DNA of 54,090 bases from a virus. Taxonomy: Duplodnaviria; Caudoviricetes. Every line of letters starts with the position of its first letter. The first letter of the stretch is position 1. The stretch spans positions 1 to 54,090 of IMG/VR virus record IMGVR_UViG_3300048011_000746; one strand, written 5' to 3'. The translations under genes and the position numbers were made by a program. The notes beneath the pieces were generated by a model that did no database searches, was not told the origin of the DNA, and saw only the letters and a program-made list of their open reading frames with translations. Below, in pieces: positions 1 through 8,266 of this stretch.

Positions 1-1
1 A

Positions 2-181
2 CACTTCCACATACAGATAGTAATCTGCTTCGCTATTCACGTATGTTTTCCATGCACGGTTGCTGTATTTCAGCATGTCACCGATCAGTGACTCCCCCAA
101 TTGGTCTCGCATGAATTGATCTTCGTAGGCATCGTAATCAGCAGTGTCTGATCGTACAAATTTGCCTATGTAGAATCTCAT
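2..181 (-). CDS. Hypothetical protein, 3'-truncated by the window edge (MRFYIGKFVRSDTADYDAYEDQF...)
   Basis: Read by hand. The ATG at 181 overlaps the helicase TGA (ATGA coupling) and the frame is open to the window start. Confidence 0.7.
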   Translation of the reverse strand, partial: MRFYIGKFVRSDTADYDAYEDQFMRDQLGESLIGDMLKYSNRAWKTYVNSEADYYLYVEV

Positions 182-1605
182 TCGCCGCCAAGGTTGTTGA
201 TAAAGTTTCTCAATTGACTTGTACCAACTTCTGCTTTTACTTTTCCTACTGTGGAACCACTGCTCGGATCTGCATTTGCATCTGGAGTTGTATTGTTGCG
301 TTTCAACGAGTTCAACACACTGCTGCCTGCACTGGATACACTGCTGCCGGAATTGTCATCTTCGTCTTCGCCCAAGTCTGTGATACGCAGCGTGTCTACA
401 TCAAACTCTAGATCTACTTTTGCTCCAACGCCACTACTACTACGTGTTTTCATCAACTGAATCTGATAGCGTCCACGTTCGCGCATTGCTCTACTAGTAA
501 AGATACCAATCAAGTTATCTGCTGTGTTGATCTTTGAAATACCGCCCGAAATCATACTGTGATCAAATTCAATTTCTTCAACTGCTGCTCGGTTCAACTG
601 TGATGCTGTAACAAAGATAGTATTAAGTTCCATTGCCAAGTTGCGCAGTTCTTCTGATACATACTTGTCCTTAACAAACAAGTTCTCTGCACTAATCTTT
701 TGTCCGATTGGATGCATCAAGTCCAAGTAGTCAATCAGCAGTACGTCTACTTTGCGTCCTGTTTTGATCTCATACTCTTTCAAATATGCACGTACATCGT
801 TTGCGTTCTTGCCTGTGGGCATGTACTTGACTTGAAACGCCCCTGACTTCTTGCCAATCATCTTGACTTTCATTTCAACATCATCCATGCTCTTGAACAC
901 ATCGCGACTTGGAATGCCGCTTGTCATACTATCCAATCGCATACTAACCAAGTTCTCACTAAGCTCAAATGTTAGATACATTACGTTGAGTCCTTGCAAA
1001 CACCAGTTCACACCCAAGTTAGCCATAAACAAACTCTTGCCCGAACCCGAACCGCCTGCAAAAATATTCAGCTCGCCTCTGTTGAATCCGCCAAACAGTT
1101 TTTTGTCCAGTGCAGGCCAGCCTGTGCTGATCTGTCCGTTCTTGTCTTTGATAGCTTCCAGTCTTGCTCTCGGATCTTTAAAGTAGTCTGTGCCTAGGTC
1201 TTTTTGTAGTCCAATTTGCACAGCCTGCTTGACCAAGTCCTCACATGCACCATACTCGCCACTCTCCAGCAAGTCTGCACTTTTAAGAATAGCCGCCTCT
1301 AGTGCTTTGTGTTTAGAGAACGTTTCAAAGTCCTGCAACAACCAATCATAGTGATTCTCTGCAAGTTGTCCCGGATCTTTTAAATCACTTTGCGTAGCAG
1401 CGTTCACCATATCAAATGTAGGCAATGCGTTGTGCTCTTCCACATAGCTTTTAATAAACTTAGCCGGCTCTACCAAGCGTCTATCAAATGTCTGCGGATC
1501 AAACACGCCCTGACAGCGTACAAAGCTCTCAGCGTCTGTCATAAACATCTCTAGATATACTCGTTGTATATCATACCCATAGTCTGTGTTTTGTCTAGTT
1601 GTCAT
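178..1605 (-). CDS. Replicative DnaB-family helicase (T4 gp41-like)
   Basis: STGWPALDKKLFGGF, Walker A GGSGSGKS, Walker B LIDYLDLM, and TASQLNR (DnaB motif H3/H4). Confidence 0.93.
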   Translation of the reverse strand: MTTRQNTDYGYDIQRVYLEMFMTDAESFVRCQGVFDPQTFDRRLVEPAKFIKSYVEEHNALPTFDMVNAATQSDLKDPGQLAENHYDWLLQDFETFSKHKALEAAILKSADLLESGEYGACEDLVKQAVQIGLQKDLGTDYFKDPRARLEAIKDKNGQISTGWPALDKKLFGGFNRGELNIFAGGSGSGKSLFMANLGVNWCLQGLNVMYLTFELSENLVSMRLDSMTSGIPSRDVFKSMDDVEMKVKMIGKKSGAFQVKYMPTGKNANDVRAYLKEYEIKTGRKVDVLLIDYLDLMHPIGQKISAENLFVKDKYVSEELRNLAMELNTIFVTASQLNRAAVEEIEFDHSMISGGISKINTADNLIGIFTSRAMRERGRYQIQLMKTRSSSGVGAKVDLEFDVDTLRITDLGEDEDDNSGSSVSSAGSSVLNSLKRNNTTPDANADPSSGSTVGKVKAEVGTSQLRNFINNLGGE

Positions 1606-1747
1606 TCTTTGCTTCCGTAATATTAGAGTTTGCTTTTACTTGTCCGCAAGTACTACAGTAACTAATTTTAACATCAAATTTGTGATTGTCAACTGTAATA
1701 GTTTCTGCATGACGCACTACTGTTACGTTGTTGCAGCATCCGTGCAT
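1595..1747 (-). CDS. 50-aa putative metal-binding (zinc-ribbon-like) protein MHGCCNNVTVVRHAETITVDNHKFDVKISYCSTCGQVKANSNITEAKNDN
   Basis: Not in the ORF track; read by hand. It fills the gap exactly, has a TGATG overlap with the upstream stop, and carries CC...CxxC. Confidence 0.65.
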   Translation of the reverse strand: MHGCCNNVTVVRHAETITVDNHKFDVKISYCSTCGQVKANSNITEAKNDN

Positions 1748-2046
1748 CAATACCAGCCCATCAACATTCTAGTTTCTTCGGGCACCATCTCAACACCAAA
1801 CGGTGGATCAAATACCAATTCTCTTTTTACTGTTTCGACTCCATCTAGTGCCAGTGTTGTTTCATATATACCTTCGCATATCTCGTCAGCAAACGGACAC
1901 ATCATACTGGTAAGTGTGTGCTTGATATGAACATGTGTACCTTCGCAATGCACTTCATATATTAGCCCAAGATCCTGTACACTTAGGCTTACTTCTGGAT
2001 CGTATACTTCTCGTAGTGCTTCTCTTACTGCTTCTTCTGTGATCAT
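1747..2046 (-). CDS. DUF59/SufT/PaaD-like Fe-S cluster assembly protein
   Basis: ALREVYDPE...DLGLIY, TLTSMMCP and LVFDPPF match the DUF59 DPE-x-T-x-C-P signature. Confidence 0.88.
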   Translation of the reverse strand: MITEEAVREALREVYDPEVSLSVQDLGLIYEVHCEGTHVHIKHTLTSMMCPFADEICEGIYETTLALDGVETVKRELVFDPPFGVEMVPEETRMLMGWY

Positions 2047-3533
2047 GTGAATACCTTTACTCCATAGTGGTTTTCAAATTCTTTTGCGTCTTCTACTGTG
2101 TTGACAATAGGCTTGCCTTTGATGTTGAGGCTGGTGTTCAGTAGTATAGGACACCCTGTCTCTTCATACCAACGTTCTAACAGTTTTCTAAAGCCCATGC
2201 CTTCTTTTGCAGAAACTGTCTGTACCCGAGAGGTGCCGTCCCCGTGCGTGATTGCAGGTAGTCCAGTATCCGTGCAAGTTGCAGTGTATTGCATGAAGGG
2301 ACCGACATATCCGTCGAAATAGGTAGACGCATGCTCCTCCAGTACTGCTGGCGCAAAAGGTCTAAACTTCTGTCTTCGCTTAATGGTGTTGACTCTATCT
2401 TTAATGTTGGCACCTCGGGGGTCTGCAAGTAAGGAGCGATTACCAAAGGCTCTGGGTCCAAACTCAGCACGACCGTTGGCAACACCAACAATGCCAGTAG
2501 TAAGTAGTTCTTGTAATGCTTGTTCAACTGGATACTCTCCTTCTATGTTGTACCCTGTGTACATATGCGGCATGGGCAAGTACTGTTTTTTGTGTGCTAG
2601 TACAGCGCCTATAGCCGACCCTGCGTCACCCGGATTAGCCATAACATGCATGTTGTTCCAATCGCTGCGGATGCTGCCGTTGGCACTACAGTTTAGAGCA
2701 CACCCTCCCATGAGCACAAGATTACCCGAAGGCGATTTCCACCTAGCCCAGTTGCTGATTATCTTGAGTATGTACTTGTAAACTGCTTGGGTACCAGCTG
2801 CTATGTCAAACATGTCCTGTTCTGTGGTGAGGTCAGGACGCCACCATGTACACCCTCGGTGTAGGTTGTGCTTTAACTTGATACGTGGCTTGTCATTGAA
2901 TATATGCCACAGAGAATCTTCGTTGGGCAATACAAAAAAATCATGCAGTATGTCATTGAACAATCTCAGGGGGTCGCCGTATGCTGCCATGCCCATAAGG
3001 ATATATTCGTCCTCTTGTGGTTTTAATCCCACTCTCTGTGTGAGGGCCGAGTACCATAACCCAATGGAATGTGGGTACCCTTGAGAATAGATTTTCCTGA
3101 GTCCTTTTTTTCTGTCTGCGTTCCAGATAGTGAGTGTATCGAATTCCCCAATGCTGTCGAGAACCACACAAGTGGCGGCGTCAAAATCGCTAGTATAAAA
3201 ACCGGCAGCAGCATGGGCAAGATGATGATCAGTATACCTAATAGGAGCATGTATCCCATAAGATCCAAGGTAACGACCGATATTGTTTTCAGCCAACCGA
3301 AGTCCTTGGCCTGCTCTAAACTGTCTAAGAGTTTTGATACCGGGTCTTTCATACCATACAACTTCATCTGGTTCTCCCCATTGTCGTGCGTACTCTATTA
3401 ATTTATCATTTAAATGTGCATCATTTTTTACACCACTGAAGCGTTCGCTGTGACTGGCAAACTCTAGCCCGTCATCTGCAAACACTGCTAGAGCAGCATC
3501 ATGACTGTTAGCACTTATACCCCAAGTAATCAT
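2043..3533 (-). CDS. O-carbamoyltransferase (NodU/CmcH/TobZ family)
   Basis: SHDAA, HHLAHAA, MGMAAYG, GGCALN, GDAG, EFGPRAFGNRS, FRPFAP and LLNTSLN motifs. Confidence 0.95.
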   Translation of the reverse strand: MITWGISANSHDAALAVFADDGLEFASHSERFSGVKNDAHLNDKLIEYARQWGEPDEVVWYERPGIKTLRQFRAGQGLRLAENNIGRYLGSYGIHAPIRYTDHHLAHAAAGFYTSDFDAATCVVLDSIGEFDTLTIWNADRKKGLRKIYSQGYPHSIGLWYSALTQRVGLKPQEDEYILMGMAAYGDPLRLFNDILHDFFVLPNEDSLWHIFNDKPRIKLKHNLHRGCTWWRPDLTTEQDMFDIAAGTQAVYKYILKIISNWARWKSPSGNLVLMGGCALNCSANGSIRSDWNNMHVMANPGDAGSAIGAVLAHKKQYLPMPHMYTGYNIEGEYPVEQALQELLTTGIVGVANGRAEFGPRAFGNRSLLADPRGANIKDRVNTIKRRQKFRPFAPAVLEEHASTYFDGYVGPFMQYTATCTDTGLPAITHGDGTSRVQTVSAKEGMGFRKLLERWYEETGCPILLNTSLNIKGKPIVNTVEDAKEFENHYGVKVFT

Positions 3534-3691
3534 TTGTAGATAAACGGGTCCTTTTTGCGCAGCTCTTTGAGACGCTTTCTAAAACGTACTTCTTCAGCAA
3601 TGCGAGTGTATGGCCAGATAATAATTCTCCACACAGTCATAACTGCAAATACTATTCCTAGCCAAATTTTATTTAATATATTCAAAACCAT
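3530..3691 (-). CDS. 53-aa small membrane-anchored protein ending ...RLKELRKKDPFIYK
   Basis: Read by hand: MVLNILNKIWLGIVFAVMTVWRIIIWPYTRIAEEVRFRKRLKELRKKDPFIYK. Its stop overlaps the carbamoyltransferase ATG. An alternative start lies at 3640. Confidence 0.7.
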   Translation of the reverse strand: MVLNILNKIWLGIVFAVMTVWRIIIWPYTRIAEEVRFRKRLKELRKKDPFIYK

Positions 3692-4674
3692 TTTTTTGCT
3701 CTCAGTCTAATTTTAAGTGGGCTGCTCTCAGCAGCACTTGCAATGCTGTACAACGTATACAGTCTACCGTACTTAGCCACTGCATCACCAACATCGTTGA
3801 TGTCCGGATCCCAGTTGGGCATGCTTACATGCCAGCCTCTGTCAATGGCTTGTTCAACAAGTTTGCTGCCTGCTTTATCTCTATCAGGAACAACATATAT
3901 ATCTTTGTTTAGTCTGTTGAGCAGCAGTGCTTGAGCATCGCCAATGTCACTGCCGCTGATAGCACACCCGTCTACATGCAGTGCATCAATCTGTCCTTCG
4001 CATAATATGCAGAATATCTTGTTGGGGCTCTGTTCGTCTAAGTTAAACACATAGCCCGGCTGCATGGTAGTAAGATACTTGCTTTTGCTTTCCCCTACTG
4101 CACGAGCTGTATATCCAACGATACGGCCCTCGTAGTAGAAGGGAATAATAAGTCTATCACGATAAGCAAGTGTTGGCGACCAGTAGTAATCAGTGTCGTC
4201 CAAGTTTAAATTTCTTTGTGACATATAAGTTATCACATCTAAAAAATACTTGAAATATTTGTTGTTTTCATTATAGTCTGGAATATCTGCTATGCGCACT
4301 GCTTCGTCTGGTAACTGCACAGTGCTAAACTCAGGCAGCTCAACTTTGTGTTGCTGAACTTCTACACCTTCGTTTGAACGCATAACATCCAGTGCCAGTT
4401 TTGTTATTTCATTGTCGGGCGTGTTCAGCCACTCTAATAACTTTTTAAACTTGTAACTGAGGTTACGTCCTGGTTGCCAACTTGCTTTGAAGCCACAGTT
4501 AAAACAATGATATGAAATAACCTCGCCTTCGGTTATGAGTCCGCCTCTGCCTCGTGTATCTGCATTTTCATTATTGTGAACACAACAAGGCGCATTGAAA
4601 CTTGTCCACCCACTAGGAGTAGTCTTGCGCTTTGCAGGCAGATAGATATTCAAAAGATCAGATACGATGCTCAT
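3682..4674 (-). CDS. DNA primase (T4 gp61-like)
   Basis: N-terminal zinc finger (PCC...YHCFNC), RLIIPF...GYTAR, and a TOPRIM domain (EGQIDA, PDRD, DVGD). Confidence 0.9.
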   Translation of the reverse strand: MSIVSDLLNIYLPAKRKTTPSGWTSFNAPCCVHNNENADTRGRGGLITEGEVISYHCFNCGFKASWQPGRNLSYKFKKLLEWLNTPDNEITKLALDVMRSNEGVEVQQHKVELPEFSTVQLPDEAVRIADIPDYNENNKYFKYFLDVITYMSQRNLNLDDTDYYWSPTLAYRDRLIIPFYYEGRIVGYTARAVGESKSKYLTTMQPGYVFNLDEQSPNKIFCILCEGQIDALHVDGCAISGSDIGDAQALLLNRLNKDIYVVPDRDKAGSKLVEQAIDRGWHVSMPNWDPDINDVGDAVAKYGRLYTLYSIASAAESSPLKIRLRAKKWF

Positions 4675-4680
4675 ATTCTT

Positions 4681-4709
4681 ATAATAGCATCGTTTGTTTA
4701 AATTGTCAA
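4681..4709 (-). promoter_or_regulatory. Sigma70-type promoter for the primase operon, probably leaderless
   Basis: TTGACA-N17-TATTAT followed by 6 nt and then the ATG. Confidence 0.75.
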
Positions 4710-5068
4710 TGGTTTAATTTTATGTCTTCAATGCTACCATCTGTCCAGTTGTCGACATGCGCTCTTACCCAAACATAGTTGCCTGTAAAGTTGTATATAA
4801 ATGACCCAGTACTTCCTGTAAATGTGTTTGCAGTTTCGCTTATTTCAAACCAATCGTTGCTAGTCGGATCAGTTGCTAAGGTAGCTTGTATAACAATTCT
4901 ACCAGAAAATGTATTGTTTTCATTGCCTGATAAATTGTATTGCACTGTGTGAAATCCATCAGCTCGGCTATAGAACCCGTCGCCTTTGAACTTTTCTCCA
5001 GTTACAGTTATTGCAGTGCTGTCAGTTGGTCCTGAGGTTGCTGATAGTATTACTTCGCTGTTTGCCAT
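4706..5068 (-). CDS. Hypothetical beta-rich protein, probably virion-associated; paralog of the C-terminal domain of 5070..5858
   Basis: HTVQY...GRIVIQATL...WF...NFTGNYVWVRA resembles the neighbour's HTVAV...GTIEVQGTL...W...NFNGVFTFLRF. Confidence 0.6.
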   Translation of the reverse strand: MANSEVILSATSGPTDSTAITVTGEKFKGDGFYSRADGFHTVQYNLSGNENNTFSGRIVIQATLATDPTSNDWFEISETANTFTGSTGSFIYNFTGNYVWVRAHVDNWTDGSIEDIKLNH

Positions 5069-5069
5069 T

Positions 5070-5858
5070 TTAATTTCTCACTAATATCTTTGTTACTTTG
5101 TTTGTAGGATCTGCACTCAGTTTAAATCTTAAAAATGTAAACACTCCATTGAAATTTGCAGGTGTTGGTGTAGTTTCAGTTCCGTCAAATGTTAATGTAC
5201 TGACAGTTGTCCAGTTGTTTACACCTGTAATCTGATTGTCAAGAGTGCCTTGGACTTCTATGGTTCCTACATACGAATCAGTATACACTGCAACTGTGTG
5301 CAATGCTGTGTTTCCGTTGATTTCAGGATGAGCTGTTATCTGATCTGCACTGTCGCTGCCTGCAACCCAATAGTCTTGTTCTTGATAAAAATTTTCTACG
5401 TTTACGCTGGCCTTTGGTCCCGGAAACGCCATACCGTCAACATACATAATTCCTGCGCTTCCAAATTGCCTATCTGCATATGTTAGCGTATTTGAAGTTT
5501 CGCCATTTAAATAAACGTTGTAGTGCAAGTATTGTTGTTTAATGTTTAACAAATCATTTTCAGTAACGGTTGCTGTAAACATACCTTTTAATGAAACACT
5601 CGATCCATCATCTTGTACAGTGCAATTACGTTCAATAATCTTATTGTTGTTTTCATCAAAAACTACAATCACAGGTGTATCTGCAATTCTAATAGGTTTC
5701 TGATCTGCATTCAATAAACGAAATTGAAAGTCGTTGTCTATGCCTCTATATACTTTTAGTTGTCTACTATACACTGGTCTATACTCCACACTGTATCCAG
5801 TATCGTTTGAGATAATGTCAACTTTATTTTTGACTAAATATCTAGGTATTAACTGCAT
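5070..5858 (-). CDS. Hypothetical protein, probably virion-associated
   Basis: Long ORF. Start refined to MQLIPRYL, which has an AAGGA RBS and an upstream TAAATA late-type box. Confidence 0.6.
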   Translation of the reverse strand: MQLIPRYLVKNKVDIISNDTGYSVEYRPVYSRQLKVYRGIDNDFQFRLLNADQKPIRIADTPVIVVFDENNNKIIERNCTVQDDGSSVSLKGMFTATVTENDLLNIKQQYLHYNVYLNGETSNTLTYADRQFGSAGIMYVDGMAFPGPKASVNVENFYQEQDYWVAGSDSADQITAHPEINGNTALHTVAVYTDSYVGTIEVQGTLDNQITGVNNWTTVSTLTFDGTETTPTPANFNGVFTFLRFKLSADPTNKVTKILVRN

Positions 5859-5896
5859 ACGGGATCCTTTACTATACAAGTGTATTTATTTAAAAC

Positions 5897-6268
5897 ATGT
5901 TATTAAAAGAAATAGAACAAGACTTTCCATATATTAGCGTAGTTGCTTACGGCGGCCAAGAATATGTGGGTATCATTATTAACCAAGACCAGTACATTAC
6001 AACCATGTATGTGTACACTGACCTTCGCACAGACGAGGACAAACAGTTGCTGGTAGACCTGGGAGAAATATGGTGGTGGGAATCAAATAGAATGATTCCA
6101 ATTAATATTTTTTTGCGTGGGGAAATAGAATCTTTAAACTATTGTAAGATGAGCATGAATAGTAAAAATACCAAAGTAGTAATCGGACCTTGTGTGAACA
6201 TCAACAACTTATCTGTTAAGAGAGTTAAAAGAAAAAGTGTGCAGGTGATTAAAAAACCTAAGGATTAA
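5897..6268 (+). CDS. Hypothetical protein
   Basis: 123-aa ORF that fills the gap between minus-strand genes and converges on the mini-DnaE gene. Confidence 0.7.
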   Translation: MLLKEIEQDFPYISVVAYGGQEYVGIIINQDQYITTMYVYTDLRTDEDKQLLVDLGEIWWWESNRMIPINIFLRGEIESLNYCKMSMNSKNTKVVIGPCVNINNLSVKRVKRKSVQVIKKPKD

Positions 6269-6818
6269 GTTGTTCGCACAACAAATTCATATGCACTACA
6301 CACGCCATAGCATATGAAATAGCATGTGCCTTCTTAAAATAGTACTCGCCGCTGCTAGGCTTCTTCCATACTTCTTCGTTTATCGTTTGCCAAGTTTCGT
6401 TGACAAGATGGCGTTTCGCAGGCCGTATCATCGCTAACACTGCTGCTAACTGTTCCACCGACTGCGGCTTTAATTGTTTTAATAACTCGCTGTGCCCGTT
6501 TAGATGAAATACCTGATTTGAAAATTCTTTGTGTTCCAGTAGTTGCCATAGTGGTTGTGTGTCCATTAGTTGCGTTAAATGTGCTTCGTCTCGAACATCC
6601 TTGTAAATGCTTACATTAAGAAAGTCCAATTTAAAGTAGCCACGAGCGTCTGCTTCTTTGTGATCAATTGTAGCGATTTCGTTAAAAGGATTGTGCGGTA
6701 TCTCAGTAACATAAACACCAGTGTTGTGCTTTTTACCTGTATCTAATTTTGCCACACGGTGTTGTATCTTGTTTAAGATAATATTTCTGTCAGCAAAGTC
6801 AATATCAATATCAGGCAT
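6258..6818 (-). CDS. Miniature DNA polymerase III alpha (DnaE, family C)-like protein
   Basis: PDIDIDF, HNTGVYV, GYFKLDFL, VFHL, LAMIRP and FKKAHAISY occur in DnaE order within only 186 aa. Confidence 0.8.
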   Translation of the reverse strand: MPDIDIDFADRNIILNKIQHRVAKLDTGKKHNTGVYVTEIPHNPFNEIATIDHKEADARGYFKLDFLNVSIYKDVRDEAHLTQLMDTQPLWQLLEHKEFSNQVFHLNGHSELLKQLKPQSVEQLAAVLAMIRPAKRHLVNETWQTINEEVWKKPSSGEYYFKKAHAISYAMACVVHMNLLCEQLNP

Positions 6819-7228
6819 TAAAGTTTTCCTTCTTCTCTCATTTTAGCTCTTATTTTAGTTGCACTAATATCATGTATTTCTTCACCTAAGTCGTGTTCAG
6901 TAAATGTGTAACCTACACCGCGGCCATAACTAATATCCACAATGTTAGGTACAAACATTATAACATATTCTTCACCGTATGTAAAGCCTGCACTTGCCAA
7001 TCCCTGTTCAATATTCATAGATACAGTTTCACAATCAAATGGATTGTCGTCTTGTGATGCTGTGCGACCGGCGCCTGCGTCTTCCCCAACAATGCCGCCA
7101 ACATCTCGAATCATAATACATACTTGGCCAGTTTCTGCTAATGCACGTTTAAACAGTTCGGTATGACCATCATGCCATGGCTGCCACCGTCCTAGCATTT
7201 GTGTTGTAGGTTTTTGATAATCAAACAT
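6818..7228 (-). CDS. HxGH nucleotidyltransferase (cytidylyltransferase-like; possible minimal ATP sulfurylase)
   Basis: GRWQPWHDGH and ISATKIR motifs; overlaps the APS kinase gene. Confidence 0.75.
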   Translation of the reverse strand: MFDYQKPTTQMLGRWQPWHDGHTELFKRALAETGQVCIMIRDVGGIVGEDAGAGRTASQDDNPFDCETVSMNIEQGLASAGFTYGEEYVIMFVPNIVDISYGRGVGYTFTEHDLGEEIHDISATKIRAKMREEGKL

Positions 7229-7652
7229 TTTTATTTTTCCAGTTTTGATAACGTTCAACAGCAAGCATCAGTGTTTCGTGTGTGTTGTCGAACCAATCTG
7301 CTACATGGTAATCGCATTGCAAAGGTTTTTCAAATACTGCATTTGTATCTTCGTACCTGCCCGCTTTGATAGTATCCATCCACACAGTAAAGTCTGCGGC
7401 AAACTTTTTGCGTGTTTCCTCAGTAGGGCACACAAAGTCACACACTGCAATTCTTCCGGCGGCAACAACACCGTCGGCAATCATACTCATACGAAATGCT
7501 TGACGCTCTCTGCCTTCGGTACTAAAGTCCCAGTCGTTGTACTTTTCTCTAATAGCATCTGCATTTATCCACACACCGCCAATTAATTCTGCAAACGGTT
7601 TTGCTAGTGTGCTTTTGCCGCTGCCTGGCAATCCACATATTAATATTTTCAT
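7221..7652 (-). CDS. cysC: Adenylylsulfate (APS) kinase-like protein
   Basis: P-loop GLPGSGKST, ADAIR...DFS.EGR.RQ, and FEKP. Confidence 0.8.
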   Translation of the reverse strand: MKILICGLPGSGKSTLAKPFAELIGGVWINADAIREKYNDWDFSTEGRERQAFRMSMIADGVVAAGRIAVCDFVCPTEETRKKFAADFTVWMDTIKAGRYEDTNAVFEKPLQCDYHVADWFDNTHETLMLAVERYQNWKNKNV

Positions 7653-8266
7653 TTATATACAATCTTCCATTTGTCGTTTGTTGATTCACGTTCAAAAAAA
7701 GTTATGTCATTCATAACACATATGCGGCTATCTATATATACCTCTATTAACTCTTTGCTTAGTTTATCTTTGAGTATGTTATCCCAATTGGAATTTCTTA
7801 ATTCAGGACCTAGTTCTCTGTCTAACAATTCATATCCTGTAATCTGTGTTTGCGGTTTAAGATGTTTAAGTTTTCCGTTGAAGACAACTACCGGAACATC
7901 GTGAAATGGCAAATGTTCTAACAACAAAGACCGTTTTACTCCTGGCTCAATTTTATATGATTTTTTGTTATACCTAACGTTTATAAAACTGTTGATACGT
8001 TTGTCAACATGTAAAATATGATATATTTCTGCTAAGGAAGTGTAATGTTCATAACGGTTCAAGTACACACTTTCTGCGTCGATTATAAATTTGTTACCGT
8101 ATCTTTGCAAACAAGGATCGAGATTGTCGCTCCATCTGTCTCTGCCATATGGATAGCGTTTGAGTGCAGGAACATAATCATGAAATTTACTTGACGGAAC
8201 TTTGTACAAGTTAAATGGTACTTTACAATGTGTAAGCATGTCGTTGTAGCAGTTAATTTCGACCAT
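7649..8266 (-). CDS. Hypothetical protein
   Basis: 205-aa ORF translationally coupled on both sides. Confidence 0.65.
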   Translation of the reverse strand: MVEINCYNDMLTHCKVPFNLYKVPSSKFHDYVPALKRYPYGRDRWSDNLDPCLQRYGNKFIIDAESVYLNRYEHYTSLAEIYHILHVDKRINSFINVRYNKKSYKIEPGVKRSLLLEHLPFHDVPVVVFNGKLKHLKPQTQITGYELLDRELGPELRNSNWDNILKDKLSKELIEVYIDSRICVMNDITFFERESTNDKWKIVYK

